Assembly: GCA_010909165.1 (NCBI GenBank)
Contig: MU008171.1
Span: forward strand, 620,001-684,000
DNA length: 64,000 nt
Source: Anthoceros angustus
Lineage: Eukaryota; Plantae; Anthocerotophyta
Direction: 5' to 3'
A program made the translations under genes and the position numbers. The notes under the pieces are model-generated. The model was not told the origin of the DNA. It worked only from the letters and a program-made list of their open reading frames with translations, and searched no databases. Position 1 is the first letter of the stretch, and each line of letters begins with the position of its first letter. Positions 26,056 to 39,200 of the stretch are shown in pieces.

Positions 26056-27369
26056 TAGAGATGGCTCCTCGTCTCTAATTTTGAGGGTGTGGAAACAGGG
26101 GTTTGTTTTTGGAAAAACATGTATTAGGCTATTTTTAAAATTTTTCCAAAAAATGATGTGTGAGGAATGAAGAGTTCTCAAATGAAACCGTGCATTTCAA
26201 GTCTTATTTACTAATTTATTCCTTTTCACTCTACACTATATCAACTACCTTTAAAAAACACGCAACATTTGAAGATGAATACCCGATGTGCGGTCTAACT
26301 GAACATTTTCACACGAGCCAAGATATCAAAATCGTGGGTTTAAGCGTTCACATAATAAACAAGAAAGTGGTGGGGAACAATTCACCATATGAAATGGCTC
26401 GACCCCGGTCATCCGGTGCGACCGCGCATCATTCACCTTGTATTGAAAGGGTTCCGATTTTTATTCGGACACACGGTGCCAGCGCACTGTACGCGGTATG
26501 ATGCCTTTCACGCACAATTGGAGAAACATGCCTTCCCTCTGCAGTTGGACATGGCAGTCGCCTCCCCATGTAACGTTTAATACCATGAATACGTTCTCCC
26601 AATCGTCTCCGCGCTCATCCAAAGTGGTTCTGCTTGTTCAGATGGGGTTTGGATGCAAAGCCATTCCCCTACAATGTTAGGCCATGTTCCACAACGTAGA
26701 GATTTGGAATTAGAGCTGCTTTAAGGTTCTGGTTCACCATCACGTGTCGTGCACGCCAATGTGCCATCGCGTATACTGATAAAAAAGAAATGAGTAAAGG
26801 GACTGTGCTGGAGTGTGGTCGTTCACCTGTTTGCAGGGTATGAGAAAACTTCTGTTCCTAGGTTTGGCAATCAGTCGTTTCAATCTACCAATCAGCAGTT
26901 TCAGATTGGCAATCAACACCAGTTTCAGCATCCCCCGTTGAGTGAAATCCTGCTGCTCGGGTTGGCAAACGCCCGTTTCGAATTACCTAATTCTTTGGTT
27001 GATTTGCGGCGACCAAGGACATGTGGATATAACGGATAGTACCGAACACTCGCCTCAGCATCGGCTGTCCGGTATCTAGGCTAGGCAGTCAGGAGGCATG
27101 TATGCCTCAATACAAGTCAAAACACAAATGTATTGTTCAGGAGTCCAAAAGCAACTATGCTTTCAAATCGCATCCTCCTCACACATCCCCACCAAACGAT
27201 TCAGATGCTAGAAATTTTTTATGGCTGTCCACCCATGCGCTGGCAGGGGAGTCCACTGGTGGATCATACTTCTCGGTCAACGACTCAATGGGAGCCTGCT
27301 CTTCCCCATCATCGTGCCCAAATGCGAGTGCTTTAGTTCACACACAACACTTTTACAAAGGACCCTAAT

Positions 27370-28014
27370 CCTAAACCCATTACTTTACAACGAGGTTCCA
27401 TTACAACAGGGGTCGTTGTAAAGGGATAGCACTTTTACTACGAACCCTTTACAACTTGGTTCCTTTACAATAGGGGTCGTTGTAAAGGATTAACACATTT
27501 ACAACGACCCCTTTACAACAAGGTTTAAAAGTCCGTTGTAAAGGGATCGCACCATGACAACGGACATTTACAACAGGGTACGTCTCTTTACAGAGACCAT
27601 TGAGTTTAATTAACCGTGGTTATTTAACACCAATCAATATGGGGTCATGTAACAACAGTTACTTAATCCTAGTTAGTAAACTATAGTCAAGTAACCTTGA
27701 TTACTTAACTATAATATATTAACTATGGTTAGTGAAGTTGTAAAACGCGTTGTAAGTGCATCGTAGTATTGTCCGTAGTAAAGGCGTCTGTTGTAAAGGT
27801 TAACCACTATACGGACCACCCAGTTAAGTCGTACAACGTATACCAGGACAATACCATATATAATACAGGGTATAGCCATCGTATAACTAGTATGAATATT
27901 TACAACGGATATTACTAAGGTGTGTTTACTATGAGGATTTTACAACGGACGACGTAAAGTCGTAGTAATTGCCGTTGTAATTTCCGTTGTAAGAGACCCG
28001 TTTTCCTAGTAGTG
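27370..28014. mobile_element. Right terminus of a CACTA/EnSpm element with subterminal repeat array
   Basis: Ends TTTTCCTAGTAGTG (reverse complement CACTACTAGGAAAA). Many TTTACAAC(G)/(C)GTTGTAAA motifs in both orientations. Confidence 0.88.
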
Positions 28015-31000
28015 ATGGATCTACAACTGAATAATTTGGACGCCTGGCCGAACGAGGAGGAGGAGGTGGGAGAGATCAAAGGCTATGCAGGACCCAAGAG
28101 GTTTAGCAAAGAGCTGATGTTCGATGTAAATCTACGGAGGTCTACTGTAAAAACATCCACCTACAACACCCAAAATGTCACCTACGAGCCCCACCAGGAC
28201 CAACTTCGCCCACATTCATGCATACAAATCTAACTGCAAGAAGATAAACCATTTCCGAATTGTTTGGGGAGAAGACAGAGCCTGCAACATGGCCTACATC
28301 CTACAATTCACCGAATTCACATCCTTGGCCTCCACTGCACCGGCCTAAGGCTGAGGCGAGTCCATCTGTAGGAAGACATCCCATCACGATATCAGCACAA
28401 ACAATTGCTGATCAAGCGCACAAAATGTTTGACTGGATATAGGAGTCTAATAACCTGAGCTAAGAAGTTGCTTCCTTAGCCTTCCTTGCAACGGTTCGGG
28501 GAAGAAGGTGCTCCACCATGAACCCTTCATCATGGACCTTCTTATGCAAGATTTCTTCCATCACCTTTTCATCACATTCCCCACTATCATATCCTGCCTC
28601 ATGCGAGGAGGAGGAGGTGGAGAGATCAAAGGCTATGCGGGACCCAAGAGGTTTAGCAAAGAGCGATGTTCGATGTAAATCTCTGAGGTCTCTGTAAAAC
28701 ATCCACCTACAACACCCAAAATGTCACCTCGAGCCCCACCAGACCAACTTCGCCCACATTCATGCATACAAATCTAAGCAAGAAGATAAACCATTTCCGA
28801 ATTGTTTGGGAGAAGACAGAGCACAACATGGCCTACATCCTACAATTCACGAATTCACATCCTTGGCCTCCACTTGCAGTGACCTAAGGCGATGAGTCCA
28901 TCCATCAGCAGGAAGACATCCCATCACGATATCAGCACAAACAATTCTTGATCAAGCGCACAAAATGTTTGTTGGATATAGGAGTCTAATAACTTTGAGC
29001 TAAAGTTGCTTCCTTAGCCTTCCTTGATTCGGGAAGAAGGTGCTCCACCATGAACCCTTCATCATGGACCTTCTTATGCAAGATTTCTTCCATCACCTTT
29101 TCATCACATTCCCCACTATCATATCACCTCATGCGGAGGTTCCAGTTGTTGGGTATCCGACTTCCGTCACGTCTTTTGAGGACCCAAAGATGGAGCTGTA
29201 GTTTCACTTTCCTTCCAGTAAGCTCTAAGCTTTGTCACCCACTTCCATGCTTGGAACCCACATACTTAATCTCTTCAAAGGTGGCCTGTCTATCAAACTT
29301 GGCCTTGAACTTGTCCATGAACTGCTTTTGCCCTCCAAACCCAAAGCACGAATATGGCTTACTGTCCACATTTTTTCCTCGCTGTAAGGCAGCGAGCTTC
29401 TGTTGGCTAGGAGCAATGACACCGTCTAGCTTGTCCTTCTCTTGTTTCAATAGAACATCCCAGTACTCTCGTTTAAGGCTCTTACGCGTACTTTCTTGCT
29501 TTTCTTGCCCTTCAAGAAATGCCTAGCCTCCTTCCTCAAGTTGTTCTTCCAATGCCTCAAGCCGGGCCACTATCGAGCCACAACACGTTGAAACGTCCGT
29601 GGACCAAATATGGTCTGCCTAATTGTGCTTTCCACAAGAAGGACATCAACATCAGAGTGTTCCCAGAAATCAGCCAACAGTGGGTTGCACAAATGACGAA
29701 TGGCAAAGTGCACCTGATCCTTCAGTGGAAACCAAGATGGCGAGTCTCGGAGAATATAACCTGCATAGCCGAAAAAGCATGATCAGATGGATATAAATAG
29801 GGCAATCCTGAAAAAATAAGGCCTGGACATCTAAACCTAAGGACTTTCAGGCCTGAAATACCAGGCCTGTTACCAAGGCTTGATTTACAGGTCTGAGCTA
29901 CAACCTATTTGTAGCTTAGACCCTGAATTGCCACAAGACTACTCTGGAAAAAATAAGAAACTGTCCACGCTTACCGGATTCATGCAAGTGAGAAAGGAGA
30001 ACCTCATGCTGTAAGTCCCAAATCCTCTTTCGTTTTGTATCGTTCCGCTTGTTGCCCTTCAACTCATCATCAAACACACTGCTGGAATTTCAATACCATC
30101 CCCAACATGAGCATCAACGGGGAGATGCCCAAATTCAGGGGACATGCATCTTGCCCTCTTGTATCGGTGCATCCTCGTCCTCTCGCACAAAGTGTGGGAT
30201 GAACGGGATCCTTGGGGTGCTCGGGACCACAACGTCTGATCCTAGGACGGTACCTGTGCCGTTAGCAATCTCACCTTGTGGTTTAGGGGGAGCACAAGCA
30301 TTTCCCTCCTGGTAATCACTCTGAGACTTCCCCTCAGCTAGTGCTTTTGCTCAGGGAGTGCATGTCCCGCCCTTGCTAGCACGCGGACACATTTGTAACT
30401 CCGATCATCATAAAGCGGGCGGATCTCACATGTCTTGGCGACCTCTTCCCAACTTTGCCTCCTTGTTCCCTTACATGGTGAGTGTGCTTTTTGTGGCCAT
30501 GCAAAACTCAGGACTTGCAATGTGTTCATCAACAATCGCCTTTGGAGATTCCGGCAGTCCCTGCATGGCATAGACCCATTCCGGCATGTGTGCCTTACCG
30601 CTCTTTGACATCCCAAAGGGATGGTCCATGTTGTCAACTGAATGGGCGTCTTCTAATGCCCACGCATCAGACGCCCCAAAGCCATCTTGGGTTGCTATGA
30701 GATGTCCCCCGTCCCCACTAGCAACCTTACATGAGCGTTTAGGGTTGTTTTCATCATCAATCGCATCGAGGTATTGTGCACACTTGTCCTTGTGAAAACC
30801 GGCTGAGTCTTCGTCGTCGTCATCATCTTCTGGATCCTGCCTTTGCTCTGATTTTTGCGGCGCGGGTTTGTGGTGCTGCAGACACCATGCCAGGCTCACC
30901 CTTGATGCGCTTGGACCGTCCTCTCCCACCTCGAGCTGCCCTCCCAAGCCCATCCATGCCATAGTCTCCAAGTTCCCTATTGTTGACCGTCCTTTTGTTG

Positions 31001-31171
31001 CACCTTGCCGTTCAGTTCATGCATGAACTAAACTGCCACTCTTCTGTGGTCAACAACCGATTGAGTTATTTCTGAACAGAGGGCCCTGATGTATGCATTC
31101 CCAATTTGAGGCCTCTGCAGTTAACACAAAATTTGCAGTTAGTGATAAGGGCGAAAGCACCTACAAGCATT
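28015..31171 (-). mobile_element. Left part of an 'outer' element interrupted by the 11.9-kb transposon; decayed minus-strand ORFs
   Basis: 31080-31171 joins seamlessly to 43114 onward and is homologous to 34870-34960. Contains acidic and coiled-coil ORF remnants and a ~550-bp tandem duplication. Outer termini not found. Confidence 0.65.
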
Positions 31172-31812
31172 AACACCATATACCTTCAAGAGGGGGAATA
31201 TACAAACCCTCTTCAGTTGCTGGTGGACCCTCTTGACACACATCGTACCTTTCTGGAAACTATGATTTTTTCACGTTAGTGACGTATGTCCACCCTTGTC
31301 CGATAGATCCCATTTTCGAAACAACGGTTTCACGCGGTTCCATGTGTGCGTGTAATAAACTATCGCCGGCTGGCCGGCGATTGTTGGACCCTCGTGAAAG
31401 CAATGCTCCAAACTGGAGGAAAGAAAATTAAAATTCCGCCACTTGAAGAAGGTTTTTTAACTGCAAACTATGGGAGTGGCCAACCTTGAACTGTATACCT
31501 ATATCCGACCACAAAACTTATCGTTTAATACCATCAGACCAAATACAGGACATCTACAATGGATCATTGGGAGAGCTCAACTGCGACTCGTCTCACTGTC
31601 ACATCCACGAGTCTAAGACAACGCCGAGTTTCTAATCGCTCATCTTACCGTCTTCAAATTCGTCGTTTTCTTCCAAGGCCTTCTCGTCTTCGTTCACATC
31701 ACTTGGGGTCGTCAGCTGTGAGTGCCATACATCATCCAACGTTTGCTGCCCATCTTCCAAAAGTTCACTGTTGTCGTCGCAACCTTCGGCACTCAAAACA
31801 ACAGCCTTGAGA

Positions 31813-32731
31813 CTATCTTTTGATACATACCTCCTTTGCCCAGAATTGTGATGGTCCTCGGCGATGCGGTTGAAATGTAAGTTCTTCCTCTGCATCCGGA
31901 AGGACCTCATAACCATGTATTCGTTGAGGAATGTACCCTGCACATCTCAAATCTGCCTCAACTGCAATGCAATTGCGTCCACTCAGGACTGCAGCAAGTG
32001 TGGTGGTCCCGCTGCCCGAACATGCATCAAGAACCCAGTCCCCTTCCTTTGAGAAGGTCCTTATCAGTTTCATAAGAAGACCCGTGGGCGTTGATAAGGG
32101 CATACCACAAGTTTGTCATTGGGCGGTACACTGTTTCTTCACCACGATGGCGTGTCCTATAACCGACCTCCCATTGTTGAGCGTCCGTGCATAGCATTCG
32201 GACGGGGCTCTATCCTTTGTGCTTGTGTCTTTCGAGACACCATCCCGATGATGTACTCCACAATCTCAAACCCGCCTCTGTCATTATGCATGTTGGTCTT
32301 ATCCCATATGAAGGATACCAATCCGCCTTTCCACATCCATGTCGCATGGATTCCACGGCAGTGTGGGCTTCTTGACCCCATGCATCACTATAATGCGAAT
32401 TCTTCACTTGTTGTCTTTTCCTCAAAGCTACGAAACTCTGTGCATCATTGCCATGTCCACCCGCTTATCCATAGGGCCAATGTCAAACCCTGGAGCGTCC
32501 ATTACAGGCGTGTACCCCTCGTCCTCGAAACCCCGCATGTCAAGAATATTTCTTGCCTCCACAGTATTGAACATTTGTTTGTCCTTTGGAAGGCACGTTA
32601 AAATGTTAAGACCTTCTTCCGGTCCTTATTATAAAGCCCTTTGCTCGTTTTCAAGTCCTTTCCGATTTGTTGACTTCAAATATGAAATGGCGGAAGTCAT
32701 CCGGCGCCAAAACCTCAACGTCCTTTAGTTG
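31813..32731 (-). CDS. DNA N4-cytosine/N6-adenine methyltransferase domain (beta-class, N6_N4_Mtase-like), frameshifted in this assembly
   Basis: Ordered motifs: FDI(-)PYG catalytic-like motif (32469-32488, needs a 2-nt correction), IWDKTN...VEYII (about 32300), CPYQRP (equivalent to HPTQKP, about 32100), GLLMKLIRTFSKEGDWVLDACSGSGTTTLAAVLSGRNCIAVE (SAM-binding motif I). Confidence 0.88.
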
Positions 32732-33799
32732 CTGCAAATTAAAAACAAAACCACGTCGCTGGTATAGAGGCGCCCTCGATCGTGCATGGTGGAGGCGTGG
32801 CGGGCGGCGCCCTCCGCGCAAGAACTATGAATAGAAAGTGTTTCTCACCTTTCCGCAAATCTTATTTGAGCGTACTGACTATCTCATTGCATGATGGGGA
32901 TACTCTTCGCCTCCTCGAGCATGAGCACCCAAGATGTTTCGCCATGGCCACTTGGATGATGTGAAATTTCTTGGGAGGTGATATCATCATCCATGCCCTT
33001 AGGTCAATAAGCCACCCAAGAACCTTCTCCGTTCTTGATATTAGTATCATTGCGCATTCACGTGAGGTATTGTGAAGCGATTTCCAAGGCTTTGCAAGCA
33101 TATCCTTGGCTTCACATATGCGATCGATTTTCTTTGACTCTTGATGACCTTCCGTTTTCCTTTGCCTTTCTTGCTCGTGCCCACCGCGACATGTTTCTTT
33201 TATAAGCTCGGCTTCCCACTTTGTAAAAATCTTATCCACATTCTCCCATACCGCCTCACCTTTGCCAAATCTTTGTTGAGCCTTACGACCGGCGCCGTTG
33301 CATGATGGGGATACTCTTCCGCACCTCCTCGAACGATGAGCACCCAAGATGTTTCGCCCGGCCACTTGGATGATGTGAAATTTCTTGGGAGGTGATATCA
33401 TCATCCATGCCCTTGAGATCAATAAGCCACAAGAACCTTCTCCGTTCTTGTGTATTAGTATCTTGCCGCATTCACCGTATTCCTTGAACGATTTCCAAGG
33501 CTTTGCAAGCATATCCTTGCTTCACATATGCGATCGATTTTCTTTGACTCTTGATGACCTTCCGTTTTCCTTTGCCTTTCTTGCTCGTGACATGTTTCTT
33601 TTGCTCAAGCTCCGGCTTCCCACTTTGTAAAAATCTTATCCACATTCTCCCATACTCGCCTCCTCGCTTTGCAATACACAAAATATGAGTCCTGTTGTCC
33701 ACTTTGTTGCTTATACATCGCCGTCTTCGCCCCTCATCGTCGTCAATCAACCCTAGCGGTTTATGCATTAAACTTCCATGCCATGGTCATCACTCCGTC

Positions 33800-34200
33800 C
33801 GTTTCGATAATCATTTCGTCCCTCAAATATCGACTTGCTCAATGAAATTCATTTTCTTCCTCTGTCGGACAACACATTGTGATCTGTTGCAAGAATTAGC
33901 ATTTCTGCCGTCACCCACAATACACATGGGCCTCCACGTCTTGGCGAGTCTTCCCGGGACATATATCGCCAGTGCTTCATCTGCATAGGTGTGGTTGCCT
34001 CCAAGAACCCCATGACGTATTTTTTGCCTGAACTTGTCCCAATCAAGTTTGCTCGGTCTTCACACTCTGCGGGTCAATCATACATAATAGAGGCAATCGC
34101 CTTCCTCAATCCGCCTTGAAATCACGCGTGCCAAGTAATTTGTCCATGCTTCGTCAACCCTCCGTGTCGAGCATCGGTGTGAGGTGTGATCTTGGCGAAG
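33800..34200 (-). CDS. ParB/Srx-like domain remnant upstream of the methyltransferase
   Basis: RVDEAWTNYLARVI ... PLLCMIDP ... VLGGNHTYA (33988-34008; compare the ParB DGxHR/GGNH motif) ... LILATDHN, spread over shifted frames. Confidence 0.55.
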
Positions 34201-34858
34201 GTTCTCCAACTTCACCAAAGCTCTCCAAAACAACCTTTTTGGAATAGGCCGATTCCCTAATGCGCGTTAGGGGTCTTCATCCCGAATAGCATCGCTAACC
34301 GCTCCTTGTCCGTTGATACATGGGAGATGGTATGTCCTCCAACTCCTGCGCCTTTTGCATACTATTGGTTTTTCTCCTGGTCCACTAGCGCCTCCAAGCT
34401 CTCTGACGACTCCTCTACTTTGATGCATGGCCCTCTCGCCTTCCTTTTCCTTTCTTTGCTCTTATTCCACTCACATCCTGCATGGAGGGAAGGAGAGGCG
34501 CCGGCGCCCCTCTTGAGTGATCACCATGATCTGTTGCCCGGGCAGTGCTTCCGAGAATGACCCGGCCGGCGGCCGGCCGGCGCCTCTTCCCCACAGCAGC
34601 CGTTCCACGCTGGGTCATACCTCCCCTCCTCGGAAGGACCGCAGCCCCAAGGTCTCCACGAGCGCGGATCTCGAACCTGCTGCATCCGATTGATCATCAT
34701 CATGTGCAGAATATCGAATAGGGCCATCGTCTTCATCTTCGGTCCAAGCTCGCTTCCTTCTTCACAATCATCCATGAGATGTTCCTCCTCAACCGGCCTT
34801 GTGCTCGAGTGCGCCTTAGGGACATGACTCTTACATGCTGAACAACCGATTGTGTGAT

Positions 34859-35536
34859 TTACGCACATAGGCCGATGTATGCATTTCCAATTTGAGGCCC
34901 TGCGGTTGACACAACATTTGTGGTTAGAGACCAAGCGAAATCACCGAAAACATACGAGGTCTCACTACCCCAAAATGCCTTCGAACAATTCGCTTGTTCT
35001 CGTCTACATTCGCGAAAGATCGCACCCTGGGGCTCGCATTTCTTGATGATCGTTGTTGAACACGAGATCAAATGCCTGTATAGCTCGGGCCCTTGTGGCA
35101 CTTCATCAAACTCACGTGGCTTTGTTATACAGGCGATTGCGATGGGTCTCCTTGACACATATCCGGTTCGCCACACAACCCACCCAGCCCTCGCTCGCTG
35201 ATTAGGCAAGGCATCCTTGTATCCCATGATCCACAACTTGAAGAGTGGTGTCCAGAAAATACCTTCGTCCTCTGGCTCTAATTCTTGAACCAACATCCAG
35301 TCCTTATCCAAAAGAGGTGTGGAATCCATCTGGGCTCCAAGCCTTCGTATGTAGACAGTCTCCTCAAAGCTGTAAGGGGATGGAATAGGCACTACGCGCT
35401 TCTGTGCTTTGTCTCCCTTGTCACCAGTAGGAAGACCTTTGGTTGTGCTAGCCTTAGCGGAAGTAAGGCTCCCGGATTTCGCCTGATTCGCAGCTCCTAC
35501 CAATTGCGACCCAATAAGGGGGCCCACTTGTTCCAT
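34859..35536 (-). CDS. Conserved domain of unknown function (element cargo), paralogous to 43198-43797
   Basis: 225-aa ORF. PIPSPYSFEET...NQRARAGWVVW is identical at 70 of 73 aa to the outer-element copy. Confidence 0.7.
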   Translation of the reverse strand: MEQVGPLIGSQLVGAANQAKSGSLTSAKASTTKGLPTGDKGDKAQKRVVPIPSPYSFEETVYIRRLGAQMDSTPLLDKDWMLVQELEPEDEGIFWTPLFKLWIMGYKDALPNQRARAGWVVWRTGYVSRRPIAIACITKPREFDEVPQGPELYRHLISCSTTIIKKCEPQGAIFRECRREQANCSKAFWGSETSYVFGDFAWSLTTNVVSTAGPQIGNAYIGLCA

Positions 35537-36299
35537 CGCTCGGTCCCGACCTCCGCGCCTTGAGGTGCATCCATGGGCGCCTTGGCAGATGCCTTCCCTT
35601 CCGCTTTTGATCTCCTCACCTTACAGCAAGGGGTTAGGGGATCGATTCTATCGCCTGGTCCTTCTTGCTCCTGCGACCCATTGCCATCTGGAAGGCCACC
35701 CAAACCAAAGTTGAAGACCGCAATTCTTGCTCGAGAGGTGGAAGATGGAAGAGCAAAACCCGTGTCGACCTTGGATTAGAGGATGTTGGCAAGGGAGGGC
35801 GTGGCGGCGCGATGGCGTGCAATTGCTCCGGGCTTCACGGTGGCGCGAGGCAGGCTGGCGGCGGCCGCAGCCTGGCGCCGTCACGCGAGGCGAATGGGGC
35901 ACTCTTCAGGAAGTGTTCCCTTCGAGGTGTCTCGATGCACACCTCGACTTACAAACACCTTTGCTCCAGTAAAGAGATAATCCTGTTTCTTCCTAGGGCA
36001 ATAATAACCCCATCGACATTAGGGTTGAAAGGATGCTCAAACATCATGTCCAGCGTATCCACATGAAGGTACCAGCAAAACCTAACCACAGCTCGGAAAA
36101 CTTCGTGTATGGATGGGAGCAGGTAGAACTATTTTTCATTCGCAGCAAGTTCCACCAAACCAAAGTAGGAGTACCCACAAGTATCACCATCATGGTAATC
36201 AAAATCCCCATTGCGCCACAATCATTCCATGTGGGATGCCGAGCATAAATGCAATGTAATTAAAGCCGCCATTCCTTGTCCCACTAAGCATATCTAAGC

Positions 36300-39200
36300 G
36301 ATCGCTATTAACGTCCATTTGTCCCGAATGATTGACCCAAGTTTGCCTTAACCTTGCACGGCGGCCGCAAGGGTTTCAGGTTTGCCGGCCCGACACTTCA
36401 GTTCGTCTGCTCGTTTTCCAGCCAGCCTTCACAATCATGTTGAATGCTACTCATCCTTTGGATGGAGATGAGGTTTGGATTGTTTTGTTGTCAATTTGCC
36501 GATGTTTTGGGCTTCTGTAGATGCTGACGGACTGTATTCCATCCGTCGGGTGAATCGCCTCCGCAGGCAATGTTTTGCGACGAAGCAGACTGCTCGCAAT
36601 TCCGAAGACAACAGCGCGCGGAGGATGTTGCCCAAAGGAGGAGGATACTAAACGTGCCTCAAATACAGTCTCGGCAGGTGGTGTGTGGACCTCTGCCTTC
36701 CCCAAAAGGACAACGCATTCCCGAAGGTATAACTAGGAGAGAATCGGCCGTGCATTCCTACTTGCTTGAATTCCGTTCCTACATACCAATGCCTTTGCTT
36801 GCATTTGCAGCTCGTTCCAGTGGTGGCCACAATGGGCGCCGGTTCATCTTCACCATCTTGGGTGTGCCTCGGACAGAAAACCTCAATTTGTATGCCGCCT
36901 TAGATAGGAGCCCGTCGCTCATTGCATGAGAATGCACAAAGTAGTGGACATTACGCCGAGTAGGAGGGCCTCAAGCATTGAGGCGTGACTTATTTCCTAC
37001 TATGGATGGAACGGTAGAACTATTTTTCATTCGCAGCCGCAAGTTCCACCAAACCAAAGTAGGAGTACCCACAAGTATCACCATCATGGTAATCAAAATC
37101 CCCATTGCGCCACAATCATTCCATGTGGGATGCCGAGCATAAATGCAATGTAGTTAAAGCTGCCGCCATTCCTTGTCCCAGCTAGCGGCGCCGCATATCT
37201 AAGCCTGATACGCTATTAACGTCCATTTGTCCCGAATGATTGACCCAAGTTTGCCTTAACCTTGCGGCCCGCAAGGGTTTCAGTTCGGCCCGACACTTGA
37301 GGTCTCTGCTTTCCACCCCTTCAAACATGTTGAATGCTACTCATCCTTTGGATGGAGATGAGGTTTGGATTGTTTTGTTGTCAATTTGCCGAGTTTTGGG
37401 CTTAGATGCCGACGGACTCTATTCCATCCGTCGGGTGCATCGCCTCAGCAATGTTTTGACGGGCGCATCGCTGCACCAAGACAACAAGGAGGATGTTGCC
37501 CAAAAGGAGGAGGATACTAAGCGTGCCTCAAATACGGTCTCGGCATGTGGTGTGTGGACCTCTGCCTTCCCAAAAGGCAACGCATTCCGAAGGTATAACA
37601 GGAGAGAATCAAACCGGTCTGCTTCCTACTTGCTTGAATTCCGTTCCTACATACCAATGCCTTTGCTTGCATTTGCAGCTCGTTCGATGGTGGCCACAAT
37701 GGGCGCAGGTTCATCTTCACCATCTGTTTAGAGGGGTGTGCCTCGGACACCGAGAAACCTCAATTTGTATGCCGCCTTAGATAGGAGCCCGTCTGCTCGA
37801 CTGCATGAGAATGCACAAAGTAGTCGACACTGTTCTGCCCGAGCAGGAGGGCCTCAAGCATTGAGGCGTGACTTATTTCCTACTGTGGATGACAGTGGGA
37901 AAGGTATCCTCCTGGAAAGCAGGTCAGCGACTTCAGACGAGGAGGATGACGTCTTTCAAACACCAGGAGGTGGACATGCTCCGCAATCATACCATCCCAA
38001 GCCATTGAGCGAAAGCTTGATAGCAACAAAGGCTCTTGTTTCAACTGGTCAAAAGGCACGGTGTCGATGAGGAAATGCGGCGGAAGGCTGCGTCTCTTGA
38101 TTTCCAAGCCTGTTGCAACCAAATGTGTGTTCAAATTGACTATAGAAAGGTTGCGGGAGCGAGATACCGGTTTCTACGAATGGGCGAGCAGAGCGGAGAC
38201 ATTTCGGAATCTCTTGTTCACGTCGATCGCATGGCCACAATGATAAAGTTGTGACTCATCTATGGGGTCGGAATGCGATCTTGCCTCGAGCCTTCGCAGG
38301 TATATTGCATTGGCCATAGTAGGTATGAGGAGTCAAGAGAAGGGTTATTGCACATGCACCGTGGATGGCTTTAGAGCAAACCCTAAGCATACATATGCGA
38401 GGTGCAATCGCGTGGATGGACAACACATTCTCATGGCGGAAAGGCTCCCCAATGTTGATGTGTTCAATCTTCCGGACACATTTACAAAGTTCAAATTTGG
38501 GCAAAATATAAACGGCAATGTGAGGGTTCCATCAGCGGTTTGTCACCTATGCTTGGTTTTGAAACTTTGGAGGAGAACTTCAGGTGAAGATTCCAAAGTC
38601 CAACAGTTCTCCACGTGCTCGCGCGATTAAAAGCGACAATTAGAAACACGATCGCTAAAGTCGACCAAGGTATTCTCCAATCCTTTCGTGAGTACATTAT
38701 GTGTCCTTCTATGTCCTTTGTTCGGCACACTCTCCATGTCTTAGGTGGTTAGTACATCGTGTTCTCGTAATTTGAGTGTGGCATGTTGAAAGGGACGTGC
38801 TCATTGAAGTAGGCTACCATGTCGTTCGACCAATGAGTGGGCGCCGGTGGCGCGCCCACTCTTAGCACCTCTCGGGTTTACGCTTGTGCATTCTATGGAA
38901 GAGGCGTCCCGGTGTAGGGAAGAGGAGGAAGTGTCTTGGCCAACCTAGGAAGCTTTGGGTGGGAAGGTAAAGGTGTCTCGGGAAGGTTAGGGTAGTAAGA
39001 AGGAACGTTTTCCATGCTCCTCATGGCATTGCACTCCATAGTAAGAGGTATGGCCGGCAGTGAACATACGGCTTTGTCGAGGCCTCCTCACGGATAGAGG
39101 CCGTGCGCCCTCCTCTCCAAGATGCAAATTCTACAATGGTAGGCGGTTTGCGGTGTTAGTGGATAGCCAGGTGGTATGAGGATGGCGTCTTTCAAACACC

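Noticed and set aside
32960-33000. 'MMISPPKK' as an SPPY-type N4C catalytic motif
   Set aside because: It lacks the aromatic residue, the alternative frame (DDDITSQEISHH) is equally plausible, and a better-placed DIPYG-like motif lies at 32469-32488.
34780-34930. Cys-rich frame (KCCVNRR...CSACKSH) as a PHD finger
   Set aside because: Spacing does not fit C4HC3, and the cysteines are not conserved in the outer-element paralog.
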